A DNA stretch of 64,000 bases from Octopus vulgaris (lineage: Eukaryota): positions 98,642,001-98,706,000 of the forward strand of contig OX597821.1 in NCBI GenBank assembly GCA_951406725.2, given 5' to 3'. The translations under genes were made by a program, and so were the position numbers. A model generated the notes under the pieces. That model was not told the DNA's origin. It searched no databases and was given only the letters and a program-made list of their open reading frames with translations. The stretch's first letter is position 1. Every line of letters starts with the position of its first letter. This document shows positions 12,635-25,393 of the stretch, one piece after another.

Positions 12635-12720
12635 TGAAGCCGGCAGCGGCGGGTCGCTGCCCTGCAACCTGCAGAGAAAATAGCAATTTGAAAAAATATA
12701 TTAAGCATTTTTCGGCATAA

Positions 12721-13118
12721 GGCGCAGGAGTGGCTGTGTGGTAAGTAGCTTGCCTACCAACCACATGGTTCCGGGTTCAGTCCCACTGCGTGGCATCTTG
12801 GGCAAGTGTCTTCTGCTATAGCCCCGGGCCGACTAATGCCTTGTGAGTGGATTTGGTAGACGGAAACTGAAAGAAGCCTGTCGTATATATGTATATATAT
12901 ATATAAGTGTGTGTGTCTGTGTTTGTTCCCCTAGCATTGCTTGACGACCGATGCTGGTGTGTTTACGTCCCCGTAACTTAGCAGTTCGGCAAAAGAGACC
13001 AATAGAATAAGTACTGGGCTTACAAAGAATAAGTCCCGGGGTCGATTTGCTCGACTAAAGGCGGTGCTCCAGCATGGCCGCAGTCAAATGACTGAAACAA
13101 GTAAAAAGAGTAAAAAAA
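12721..13118 (+). mobile_element. tRNA-derived SINE, family A (full length)
   Basis: A box TGGCTGTGTGG, B box GGTTCAGTCCC, CORE-like TTGGGCAAGTG, central TA/TG tract, (AAAAGAGT)n tail; many copies in the window. Confidence 0.85.
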
Positions 13119-13321
13119 AGAGTATAAATACCAGTTTTTCTTCTCTTTTTTGTTCTTTTTTCTGCTTCTGTGTTTCTTCCCTTTTTTTCGAAAAGTATTT
13201 TGCAACCAAATTTTAGTACTGCCGGTTATTGCCGATTTATTCTTACGTGTCAGCATTGCCCTGGTGCAAGGGGGATAACTCGTGTCAGCACTAGAGATTC
13301 CGCATAAAAAAAAAATCTGCT

Positions 13322-13535
13322 GGCTAGCTGGCAGAATCGTTAGCGCGCCGGGCGAAATGCGCAGCCGTATTTCGTCTGACGTCACGTTCTGGGTTCAAAT
13401 TCTGCCGAGGTCGACTTTGCCTTTTATCCTTTTGGGTTCGATAAATTAAGTACCAGTTACGCACTGGGGTCGATGTAATCGACTTAATCCCTTTGTCTGT
13501 CATTGTTTGTCCCCTTGTGGGTAGTAAAGAAATAT
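13322..13535 (+). mobile_element. SINE family B
   Basis: Aligns to 10075-10307. Confidence 0.8.
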
Positions 13536-14011
13536 ATAGGAACGGACAACATCAATGTAAACTAGGAGTCATTTTCCAGAAAGTAAAAGTTCTATTGTTA
13601 GGTGTTTAGATGTGTATGTCACTCTTTACAGTTGGCAGGATTCTACACCTGTGTTAAATGCCCGCCCACAAGCTTAGAACTTTTAGAATCCGAAACCTAT
13701 GAACGTTCTCTCAAAGAGTTTACAAGCAGCTTTACCTTGCTATCAATAAGATTATGAATTTCTGTGCGTCTAGATTTTAAGCGAATATTTTGAATTACAA
13801 TTTCGCTTCCAAACAACAAGTACCAAAGAAAAGTGTTTTACAGCTCAAACACTACACCAGGTGTTTTCTGATTCTAGGCACGAACTTTTCCTTTAATTTT
13901 TGCCCATCCAGGAAGCGACTAAACTGTTTGAATAAAACACTGTTAAAAAAGCAAAATTATTTGAAGATCTTTCGAATTTGCTCAAATCTATTGCTAATAT
14001 GATAGTATTGT

Positions 14012-14350
14012 GGTAACAATTTGCTTCCCAACCAAGTGATTCCGGCTTCAGTTTCACTGTGTGGCACTTTGGGCGAGTGTCTTCTACTATAGCCTCGAGG
14101 CCAACTAATGCATTGTGAGCGGATTTGGGAGACGGAAACTGAGAGAGGCTCGTCACACACACACAAACAAACACACTCGACAACCAATGGTGGTGTGTTT
14201 ACGCCCGTAACCTCGCAGTTTAGCAAAAAAGACCGACGAAATAATTCCACTCTTAAGAAGTCCGTTCATTCGACTAAATTTCTTCAAGGTGGTATTCCAC
14301 CGTGGCTGTAGTGTAATGACTGAAACTAGTAAAATATGAAAGATAAAAGA
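14012..14350 (+). mobile_element. SINE family A, diverged copy
   Basis: Aligns by eye to 12721-13118. Confidence 0.7.
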
Positions 14351-15172
14351 TGTATAATTGATCCACTTGATCCTGATGCTTATATTAAAAAAACTTCTTA
14401 ATCTTAAACCAAATTTAGGCCATAGGCTCGAGAGAAAAATATTAGAAACTTCACTATACCAAGGAATATCAAATGTCTTTCTGTAATAGAATACCTCGAG
14501 ACATTTAAGTGGGCCAATTTTTCTTGTCTTAAAGGCAATGTATTTAAATGAAGAGAAAATTGCTTTAAATGAAATTCAATTTAAATAAAAGCTAAATGCA
14601 TCTTACGCAGAAGCATTCTTGTTAGAAGTTTTAGATTATAAAGACGCCCAAAAACTGCAGCTGAACGTGAAAAAATTCAGTGAAATTGAAGAATTTATTT
14701 CTCAGTGCTGAATGTAATTAAGGAATATAAGTAAAAATGTACATTGTGATTTCAAGTTGGCAACACTATACATAAGCACACGTTGTCACGTTGTCCGTAT
14801 AATAGAGAGATACCAAAATAGAAGGAAACAAAAAAAACGAGATATCGACAAAATGGAATGAAAGGGAAGTAACTCTGAAGTATCCGCATTTATATTTGGT
14901 AACAGAAAAACTGCGTGATAAAACAGATATCGTTAGAATTATCAGGTTGAAAGGTATTAAATTACTAGAATCAGTGAAATATCAGGTAATGTTTTGTAGT
15001 ATCAATGCTAGGTTATTATTAATATAACGAGTTTGGAATGAAGAAAGCAAAGTCGACCATAGCAAGATTTGAATTAAGGTCGTAAAGGGACATAACTCAA
15101 TACTGTAAGATTTTATTTTGTACCCTACCGATTGCGCTATTTCTTTGCCTTAACAATAATGATAATCCTTTC

Positions 15173-15880
15173 TGCTGGCAGAATCGTAAGACGCCGGGCG
15201 AAATGCGTAGCCGTATTTCGTCTGTCGTTACGTTCTGAGTTCAAATTCCGCCGAGGTCGACTTTGCCTTTCATCCTTTCCGAAAGGTCGATAAATAAAGT
15301 ACCAGTTTTGCACTGGGTCGATGTAATCGACTTAATCCCTTTGTCTGTCCTTGTTTGTCCCCTCTATGTTTAGCCCCTTGTGGGTAGTAAAGAAATATAT
15401 AGTCACAAAGTCTGAAATTTGCGGGAGGGAGATAGTCGATTATATCGACCCCAGTATTCAACTGGTACTTATTTTATCGATTTCGAAAGGACGAAAGCAA
15501 AGTCGACCCCGACGGAATTTGAACATGAAGACAGACGAAATACCCATTTCTTTACTACTCACAAGGGGCTAAACACAGAGAGAACAAACAAGGACAGACA
15601 AACGGATTAAGTTGATTATATCGACCCCAGTGCGTAAATGGTACTTCATTTATCGACCCCAAACGGATGAAAGGCAAAGTCGACCTCGGCGGAATTTGAA
15701 CTCAGAACGTAACGACAGACGAAATACGGCTAAGCATTTCACCCGGCGTGTCAACGATTCTCGACCCGAGAATGATGAAAGGTAAAATCGTCCTTGGCTA
15801 AATTTGAACTCAGAACGTAAAGCCGGATGAAATGCTGCTAAGCATTTTGTCTGGCAAGCTAACGATTCTGTCAGCCAATG
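15173..15880. mobile_element. Cluster of SINE family B copies in opposing orientations
   Basis: + copy at 15173-15395; - copies and partials at 15430-15880. Confidence 0.8.
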
Positions 15881-16044
15881 ATTTTGAATATAGCAAAAAA
15901 CCCAAAGCCTCAAATGTTGTTAAGTCAGAACAGTCGATTATATCGAGTTCAGTATTTGACAGATACTTATAGGCTGAACGATTAAGCTGACCGCTATAGG
16001 AATTGAAGTTAGAATGGTTCTTCATTTTAGGATAGATCATACTT

Positions 16045-16430
16045 GGAGGCGCAATGGCCCAGTGGTTAGGGCAGCGGACTCGCGGTCATAGGATCGCGGT
16101 TTCGATTCCCAGACCGGGCGTTGTGAGTGTTTATTGAGCGAAAACACCTAAAGCTCCACGAGACTCCGGCAGGGGATGGTGGTGATCCCTGCTGTACTCT
16201 TTCACCACAACTTTCTCTCACTGTTACTTCCTGTTTCTGTTGTACCTGTATTTCAAAGGGGCCGGCCTTGTCACTCTCTGTTTCACGCTGAATATCCCCG
16301 AGAACTACGTTAAGGGTATACGTGTCTGTGGAGTGCTCAGCCACTTACACGTTAATTTCACGAGCAGGCTGTTCCGTTGATCGGATCAACCGGAACCCTC
16401 GTCGTCGTAACCGACGGAGTGCTTCCACCA
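16045..16430 (+). mobile_element. tRNA-derived SINE, family C
   Basis: GGAGGCGCAATGGCCCAGTGGTTAGGGC (A box)...GGTTTCGATTCCC (B box) followed by a non-tRNA body. Confidence 0.7.
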
Positions 16431-16526
16431 GATCACACGAGGTCCCATATTTTAAAAACAAACTTATTTTGTAACTACATTGAACAAGAATTAAAGGATT
16501 ATTACGCATATTAGCGTGTTCATATA

Positions 16527-17063
16527 TCTATATATATAAAACTGTAGTTGGGTGAGTGTCTGTCTCCTACGATTTAGATTCCTAACTCCTCCCACATTTT
16601 GCGGTGCAGTTTAACCAAATTCGAGTATCTTATAGTCGTGATTAATATCGAGCCCGTCTGGCTATTAGCGCGCGTCTACGTTGAGTCTACGATTTTAAAA
16701 ATAATTTAACATCATTTTTTTATTCCATTTTAATGCATAATTTTTCGTGTGTCGATGGCGGCGGAGTTGGCGTCCACGCTCAAACACCTGCACCTGTGTT
16801 TGCTTCTCCCCCTTCTTCCCTCCTTCGTGAAGCTGTGGGGAAGGGAGTGTAAAGAAATCAACGTCGTAAAGCGTTGTCAAGGAAACCAGCGTTCTTTTAG
16901 AACAACGACTTCATGGCTTGAAGACACTGAGTCAACGATTTAAAAAAAAAATTATCATCATTTTTTATTCCATTTTTAATGCATTTTTTTGCTATAACTC
17001 TCTAAAAATGCTTATATAGTTATTTCCCTTACAAACCCGAGCAACGCCGGGCGATACTGCTAG
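16527..17063 (+). mobile_element. Non-autonomous Helitron
   Basis: A|TCTATATATATAAAA ... CCCGAGCAACGCCGGG hairpin ... CTAG|T. Confidence 0.8.
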
Positions 17064-19182
17064 TTTTTATATACATAATGACTAGTTGACAAGGCATTAA
17101 CATATCTATTTGTACGTTATAAGCTTGGATCTCATACATATGTCATATTGCGATTCTGATTTAACATTTCACTATGGCAATGTTACCTGTAATATACAGG
17201 CGTCCTACGATGAATTTCACATTATAATGTATGTAGGACAAAATATTCTACATTGCATCAGTCTATCTAGCTCTCACTAAGAACGTTAGATCGACATTTT
17301 ATCAAATAGGACATTTATCTTTTATCCTAGTAGCTCTATGTCAATTCTCTTTATTCTGTCTTAATTCACTTAATTGTCGATAGGAAAAATACCAGGAGGA
17401 TATTTGCTTCTTATCACTTTCATCCTAACTCCATATTTTAAGAAATGAAACTGGAACTAGGCTTGGCTCTTATAAGCCCCTCGGGCCTCGGGAAAACAGA
17501 AACGTATACGTTTTATCTTAGAAGATAATTAACAGGATGTGGTCAAATGCCTATCATAGCTATATTTTCTAGAATGTACTACACGGAAAAAAAAATTATT
17601 TAAATGAAAAATATTTTCAAAGATTATAATCCCATCTTCTGCTCCTGCTCACGCCCTTCACAAGGCGTGAATGAACGACGGTGAAAGATAAATTTAAGTC
17701 ACGACGTCCGGGTGGCCTGTTGAATAGGTTAACATTACCAGTGAGATCAATTTCAATTTTACAAAATTAGATGCAAGAAAATAAATTGAGCAATTAAAAA
17801 CTAAACAAAAACTTATTTCTGGCGGTTTAATTTTGAAATTACCGGACGTTTCAGTTAAGAATCTATTGAAATGGATTTTGTAATCCTAGGGAGCCGCATA
17901 AGCATAAGTCCCCTATGTACAATGATTGTTATTAGTAATAAAATATTGAAAACTAGCCAAAATATCTTACCCTGTTAGTACTACTAGGAAAACTTGGCAG
18001 TTATGTGGGGAAGTCACATTATCACGTTATACCTCCTTGCCCAGCTGTGTTACATTATTTAATGGATCTATTACCTTTAAGAAAGATTTTTTAATTGTTT
18101 AAATGAAAAGTTCTAGAAAGATTAAAGTAATGTTAACAAAATTTCATCTACCTGTCAGGTATTTGTAATCAGTGGAAGACGACAAAACCATAGCGATTGT
18201 GAGTCACCCTACTGGCTGATCGCGATTATATAAAACATCACAGCCAGAAATACAATGTTTGCATCCTACAAAATCACTTTAAAGTATATTACCCATGAAT
18301 ACTAGACAATGTGTATGCAGTTTCTCAGAAAATACCTCACGGAGTGACGACCGTTCCTTGCATTGTTATGGACTACCCTTTAGCAAGGTATAGCACTTGT
18401 TCAGCCACCCTGCCAGGAATACAGCGAAGTCATGGGACTGCAGTACGGAGGATTGTGAAGAGGCGTCAGAAGAGCTCAACTGAGCCAACATTCTTACATT
18501 GATGCCAAGCGGAAGAATTCTTGAAGATCAACGGTCAGAATCACTAAGCTCTATGATGAGAGTAACTGCAACGCATCTGTAGGGGTGGCATCCATGGTAG
18601 TGTAATTAGCTAATGAAAGATTCACTATGACTCCAGATCCCAATTCAAATTCATACTAAATCGCTCGTTGCGTGGATAGAATTCGATGGCGACAGAGAGT
18701 CACAGAAATTCATGCAAGCAGCACAACCAGATATCGGATAAAAGTATCTTTCGATAAATGTATGATGAAGCATACTAAGTTTGTTTTTTTCCACAAAACA
18801 CTTGTAAAATAGGAGAGCCTCTTATGCGAGGGTGCCTCTTATACGCCGGCAAATATGGTCTATAAAATGTTTAGACTTATTAATAAACATTGTTGGAGGT
18901 AATTGTTTCTCAACTAGTTATTACAACTGATTACTGAACATGTTAGTCATAATTGGTGGAACTAGTGGATGAATGCGGTTAAGTTAATTGCCCCAACAAG
19001 GACAACTTAAACGACCAGATATATGAGTGACACCGTCTTGTGTTACTGTAAGAGTGGAAATAATAATCAAGACAAAAAAAAAAGTGGTATTATTAATGAT
19101 TTCAGAGTTTAGCACAAGGTCAGTAATTTTAGGTGTAGGGACTAATCGATTACATCAATCCCCAGGGTTCAGTTGGTACTAA

Positions 19183-19975
19183 CAGTGTTCGGGCTAAATT
19201 AAACGATTTTTTAAAGTCTCCTTTTTTCAAGAACAGCTTAATGTATTGGTGACGATGCTGGAGTGCCTAAGGATTAAAGTTGTAGATGAAAAAAAGTTAG
19301 CTGATATGGAGGGCTGGAAAAAGTTTACCTATATTATGATGATTCGCGTCAGGTATCAAAATGCCAACATCGTGACTGCTGCTCAACGCTCTGTGAACAC
19401 TGTGAAGGTAGTAAGACGTGACATGGACAGTCGGAATGGAGACTACGAACCCATGACCAGCAGACGTTCTGATTGCGTCTGCACTCCGGAATTCGTCCCT
19501 ACATATTTGAACAGGACCTTAGACAGCTATGAGAAGCTGCTGGTGACTATGGTCAATCCTTGGTTGGAGACGGCGCTGCTAGAAAGCAGCTCTTTGCTAT
19601 ACCTCCAGAAAGAGTCAGAAGTGGTTGTCGGAGAATTTCTATGACTTCACCAGTCCCAATTTCTTGTCACCTATTTCTCCCTATTGTAATCCCAAGGATG
19701 ACTATGTGTGGGGCACGGTTGAAAAAGACACCAACCGCCCTCCTTGCAATACTAAGGCCGTGCTGGTTACCAAGATCAAGGAGGTATTCAAAGGTCTTTC
19801 CAGTAATACAGTCAGTCATATTTTGGAGCCGTCTTGAGGTCAGGGTGGAACCTAAGGGCGGCTACTTTGAATAAACTGTTATCTCGATTTTTTTTTAATG
19901 CTTTTATCTTTGAACAGGATATTGTGTTTTCGTTTCCTTATAATGCAAACTGTCAAATTTAACCTGAACGCCCTA
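19183..19975 (+). mobile_element. Mariner-like deletion derivative, same family as 25394-26432
   Basis: Degenerate TIRs; SPYCNPKDDYVWGTVEKDTN. Confidence 0.75.
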
Positions 19976-21493
19976 TATTTAATCTGTCCCGCGATAACTG
20001 TCACTAGCAATGAATGTCTCTATGGAGATAGCGATGGCCCAGAAACAGATAGCTGTTGATTGTTGTGTGAGTCAATAGACATTATATTTAATCGACAATA
20101 AATTAAACAGATTTCTTAGTAATCAATGACACTCCCGAGGCATACTTTATTCATTGAAAGCTTAATCTTACAATAGAGAGGTGTGTACAATTTTTCTTTT
20201 TACTCTTTCTCTCCCACTCATACTCTCTCTCTCTCTCTCTCTGACTTTTTCGTTTTCCACATGAAACGGAAAATAAGGCTGAAGAAGAAATGCCTGTCGC
20301 AAAATGTGTTTCGTAAAAGATGGAAGTCTATAGCAAGTATGTTGCGAGTGAAAGAACCTGTTTAAACGAGAATATAAAAAGGAGAAAGCAAAGTCTTCAG
20401 TGTGAGTATGTGGTTTTTGGGGTCGACCGCGTCCTCCGCTTCATTTTTTTTTAATCACTCATTCTCATTTTATTGTATATATTTTAATTGTTTGTTTATT
20501 CATACGTTTCGTCTCATTCGATACCCTGACCCCAACGTTTGTTTTGTCTGTCCCCGTATCGTCCCCTCTTTTTCTCAACCTTATGGTGAATAAAGAAATT
20601 CTCTCTCTCTCTCTGAATACAGTGGGGACGCAAGTGCTTTACTTATCTCTTCGGTATATTATAGAGATAAGTGGCGTCTACAGTAAACCGGAACAAAGCA
20701 ATATCTTTGAAATTCCTGCACGAGTGGTTCAAAAGTAAACAATCCATACATTAAGTTCGCAGTGAGAATGAAAAGTAGCAGTATAAAAATTGTTATAAAT
20801 GAATACTTTAATAAAGAGCATATCTACACAAGTGCGCCCCCATCGACTTTGTTTCCTCATAAAATCCAGAAAAATTAATATATTCTACTGAAATTTTGTA
20901 CAAATACGCTTCAGATTGTGTAGAATTCGAGTCGCTTTGTTTCCTTATAACTTTCAGAAAAATGGGTACCTTTTTAATGAAATTTTCTACAAATACTTTT
21001 CAAAGGGTGTAGATTACGGTTATATCGGAATTTAATACGAAAAAAAAAAAAAACAAACAAAAACGAACATAATCATATACTTCACTACTTTTTCGAAATT
21101 TCAAGTTTCCTTTGTATTTTGTCAACAACATTTTCTAGCGATGTCATATCAATGTGTCACTGTTATTTATAAGAAAAAAGATACCCTGTGGCCATAAACT
21201 GAGGGTTCACTCGTAAACAGCGCTGGATAACAAAACCGTTCGGCAGATATTGTATTCACCTCAATAGACGTCATTGATTAGTTGAAATTGCCGAAATGCA
21301 AGAAATTAAACAACAAATAGCTTACAAACTACAGAATTTTCTCAAGAAAGCCAAGAGAAAAAGATGTTTTATGTAACACACTACCAGTATACGAAGTTTA
21401 AAAGTGTTTGGTTACAAAGACATTATTTTAAAAATCTGCCGGTCAAAGTGAAAAGATCCTAAAATATTTTTGGCGTTATTTAATTGGTATTAA

Positions 21494-22271
21494 GGATCTT
21501 TTCGGTTTGAACGGCATTTTTTAACATAATTTCTAGGTAACTAAAAAATTTTAAACTTCGTATACTGGTAGAATGTGTTTATAAAACATCTTTTTCTTTT
21601 GGCTTTATTGAGAAAATTCTATTGTTTGTAAGATATTTGTTATTTTTTCTTCAATTTCTGCAATTTCAACCAATCAATGACGTGTATTGAGGTAAAACAA
21701 CATTCTGTGCCGTATGAATATGTCCCTCGTTTAAGAAACAGATTGGGTTTATTTACATTTGTGAAGATAAAAAGACACCCTTCCCCCCACCCCTAACCCT
21801 AAAACAGATTGAAATGCAATAGATCGATACTAGGGTCATAATTATGGGGCTGTGTGGTAAGTAGCTTGCTTACCAACCACATGGTTCCGGGTTCAGTTCC
21901 ACTGCGTGGTACCTTGGGCAAGTGTCTTCTACTATAGCCCCGGGCCGACCAAAGCCTTGAGTGGATTTGGTAGACGGAAACTGAAAGAAGCCCGTCGTAT
22001 ATATGTATATATATATATGTGTGTGTGTGTTTGTCCCTCAACATCACTTGACAACCGATGCTGGTGTGTTTACGTCCCCGTAACTTAGCGGTTCGGCAAA
22101 AGACACCGATAGAATAAGTACTAGGCTTACAAAGAATAAGACCTGGGGTCGATTTGCTCGACTAAAGGCGGTGCTCCAGCATGGCCGCAGTCAAATGACT
22201 GAAACAAGTAAAAGAGAGTAATTTCATATGACACCGCTAGAAAAAAACTGCCGTTCAAACCGAAAAGATCC
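21494..22271. mobile_element. Related TIR element (GGATCTTTTCGGTTTGAACGGCA termini) with nested SINE; adjacent single arm at 21133-21460
   Basis: Perfect 23-bp TIRs; arm shares sequence with the 10773-12020 element; short CCCTAA tract near 21790. Confidence 0.7.
21848..22220 (+). mobile_element. SINE family A nested in a TIR element
   Basis: Aligns to 12721-13118. Confidence 0.85.
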
Positions 22272-22839
22272 CAAACTTTTATATTTAACAAAACATTAAA
22301 CTAATTCTGTAAGAATATATTCTCAGCTACTTAAGATAAACGATATGTGAGTGCAAGCCAAATCAAACAAAGCGACCTCCCGTTAACTCAACGTTTATCT
22401 TATGAAAACGGAGGATGTTTCGTCAAACGGTCACTTTTCGATCTGTCACACTTCCAAACACTGATGCTGCAGTGAAGGCGAACAAGGCTGTAGAAACAAG
22501 GAAAATAATTTAACAAAATAAATAGCACAAATTGAAATATTTTAATACATATAAAATATTTCTAATTATTAAGAATAGAAAATTTATTAGTGAGAAAAAA
22601 AGTACGGATGTATATTTTGATAAAAGCCAACAATGAAGCTTATATACTCCGTTACAAGAAGTCTACGCTACTAGAGAGCATCGTTGCTGTTGATTTTGCC
22701 TCCCGCTGCAAGATTGTCTTTGATTTGTGGATAAGGATGCCAGACATCGATCCAGCATTTGAAAATGAATGAAACAGTTGATAATATTGATTATAGAATT
22801 CATAACTATCGGTTTCTATTCGATAATCAGTTATAGAGT

Positions 22840-23005
22840 TACTTTTTGATTAATTGGTCGACAAATAAACAAACTGGACAGAGTGACGACGTAAGAGCCG
22901 TGTTCTCAATTGGCAAAGCTGCACGCTTTTGAATCGGTTTTTCTCTTTTGGTGTGGAATTTACCAAAATATCTCTTTCAGGATCTTGTTTATCCAGAGTT
23001 TGCAG
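22840..23005 (+). promoter_or_regulatory. Candidate UBE2E promoter and non-coding first exon
   Basis: Unique sequence with inverted CCAAT boxes (ATTGG near 22853 and 22909), a CRE-like GTGACGACGT near 22883, and a donor-like CAG|GTACAG at 23005/23006 upstream of the acceptor at 23721. No transcript evidence. Confidence 0.4.
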
Positions 23006-23803
23006 GTACAGTCGTTATCATTTCTATTACACTCCACTCTAACTTTGCGCTCTTTTTTTTTGTCAAATAAAGTGATTCACTAAGTGTGCTTTTTTTGCTC
23101 TCTTTGTTGTTGATATGATGAGTAAAAAGAAAAAAAAAAAAATAAATACATCTCGTCTCCATCCAAGTCTTTTTATCATCCTGCTCAACTGATCTTTTAA
23201 TTTTGGTCTTGAAAATCGCTACATGTGTACTCTAAATTCTAGTGTTTTTCTATGATCGAGCCTTAAATTCGAGAATCGTAACGAGAATTTAATTCAGGTT
23301 TACTCCAGAAACAAATTTCTAAACCTTGTTGCATGTGGGGGATAAATGGGATGTTGTAGCTTTCATGCCTTTCCCAAAGCCTTTAGCGACAGAATTAAAA
23401 TGAAGTGAAATGTATTTCCGGTTGGAGACATTTGCGTCGTTGATACTCTTCAAAAAAAAGATGTCACAACTGCCTTCTAAGTATTTCCAGGTATCTTCTC
23501 TGTATAACAGTTATCAGACAACTTGAATAATATCTACTTTTATATCTGTTTAGTAAGCAATTAATATTTTAAATCTATCAATATTCTTTTGTAATTTTTT
23601 AATATATACTGAATAGTTTAGCATAAAAATAAATAGTCAGCATGTATGGACGGCAGTTTCCGTCTCTCTGAAAGGATATCTTGATTTGTGAATTGACTGT
23701 TTGTTGTTATCTCTCTACCAGGTTGGAGGTGCCTTTGTTTTCCCCCCTCCCCGTTGTGTTGTTGTGGTGTGCACGGTCTACCAACAACAATAAGTTGATG
23801 AAG

Positions 23804-24069
23804 ATGTCTAGTGATCGAGGAGGGGCCAGTACCAGCGGTCCGAGCCGCAGCGGTCATGGCGGCGGCGGCGGCGGCGGTCGTGGAAGAAGACTAACAACGA
23901 CAACAACACCACCACCAACAACAACGTCGTCTGTACGTGGTGGTGCTGTCGCTACTAGTGATGGTGCTACCTTAGATGACGGTACTGCCAGTACAAGTAA
24001 CGACTCTCCAGCCATACCTCGAGGGCCTGCCTCTAAAAACATGAAGGCCATGAGTACCAGCCTGAAACG
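23804..24069 (+). CDS. UBE2E: Ubiquitin-conjugating enzyme E2 E (class III), first coding exon (Gly/Thr/Ser-rich N-terminal extension)
   Basis: Reads MSSDRGG...MSTSLK-R and ends CG|GTAAGC (phase 2 donor). It splices in frame to 41093 to give KRIQKEL. An in-frame upstream ATG at 23798 is an alternative start. Likely acceptor ...ctctctaccag| before 23722. Confidence 0.9.
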
Positions 24070-24670
24070 GTAAGCAACCTACCTACCTTACCTACCTACC
24101 CTACCTATCTACCTTACCCACCTACCTTACTCCCTCCCTCCCTTCCTCTCTACCTATTCGTTCACTACCCACCTATCTCCAATTCTCCCTCTCTCCATCC
24201 CTTCCTCCAAGGTGCACACCTTTGCTTTTTCATCTGAGTAAAAGTGATAAAACAACCTCATGCTTCATTATTTGCATATAAGGTTGTTGAGAAATTGAAA
24301 CTGGGCATTAATAACACTTTACATCATGCAATATCTATCTATACACACACACACACACATTGTTACAATGTGCTCTGCAAGACATGATAAATAACCAGAA
24401 AAAATTAAAACTCAATATAGTCCTTCACAGTAGACACTGAAAATCCACATATACAATATTGCATATACTGCACAATAAGCTGTAAGGAAAGAACAGAGCA
24501 AAACACATTTGAAAGAATAATGATACACAATATCAGTGATATTTGGAAGACATAATTTCTGCTCCGATTTCAATAATCATATAGTGATTACAAAATCCAA
24601 ATTCACTTTTATATGCAAAATACACTCACGCACACATACATACATACACACACACATGTATATATATATA

Positions 24671-24886
24671 CCGGAGTAAACACATAAATGTGAAACAAGG
24701 TGGAAAAAAGAGTACTCAAATACCAGTGGTAGAGTAATATGCTTTATTTAAAGCAGCAGAAAATTCAACAAAACCTGTTACTTTGAGTTTCACATTGCCA
24801 TTCATCGGACCAAAAACTGTCCGATGAACGGCAACGTGAAACTCAGAGTAACAGGTTTTGTTGAATTTTCTGCTGCTTTAAATAAA

Positions 24887-24890
<4 letters not shown>
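24671..24890. mobile_element. Palindromic Penelope-type terminal remnant with opposing minimal hammerheads (24775-24810 -, 24817-24854 +)
   Basis: + arm CTGT-CCGATGA-ACG GCAA CGT-GAAA-CTCAGAG-TA-ACAG. Confidence 0.7.
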
Positions 24891-24938
<48 letters not shown>

Positions 24939-24965
24939 GTGTGTGTATTTTGCCACATGTATGTG

Positions 24966-25360
24966 CTGGCATGGCTGTGTGGTGTGCTTCCCAACCACAT
25001 GCTTTCTAGTTCAGTCCAATCTGTAGCACCTTGGACAGGTGACTTCCACTATAACCTTGGGCCAGCCAAAGCCTTGTGAGTGGGTTTAGTAGAATGAAGA
25101 AACCTGTCGTGTATGGGTGTGTGCGATTGTGTCTCTGCCTTGATATCATGTGGCAATTGTAAACAAGTGTCACCATAATACAAGATGTGTCATTCATTTC
25201 CCATCTTCCACTCAGAAGATGTCTGATCATGAGGAAATATTATCTTACTTGGAAAAGCATGGGTTAGCAATGTAAAAGACATTCAGCTACAAAAAAAAAA
25301 CCTGCCCTAATAAGTTCTTTCCAACTCATGTGAGCACAGAAAAGAGGATATTAAAATGAT
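24966..25360 (+). mobile_element. SINE with family-A head and RTE-like tail
   Basis: Family-A 5' half; 3' part ends ...gaaaagaggatattaaaatgatg, like the RTE 3' end; similar piece at 42550-42800. Confidence 0.55.
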
Positions 25361-25393
25361 GTGTGTGTGTGTGTGTGTGTATATATACACATA

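Noticed and set aside
16045-16120. Possible tRNA gene
   Set aside because: The tRNA-like head continues into a SINE body with no poly-T terminator and a poor acceptor stem.
22590-22772. Possible first exon of a divergent gene or ORF upstream of UBE2E
   Set aside because: Both minus-strand ATG frames stop within about 32 codons, with no recognisable homology or partner exons.
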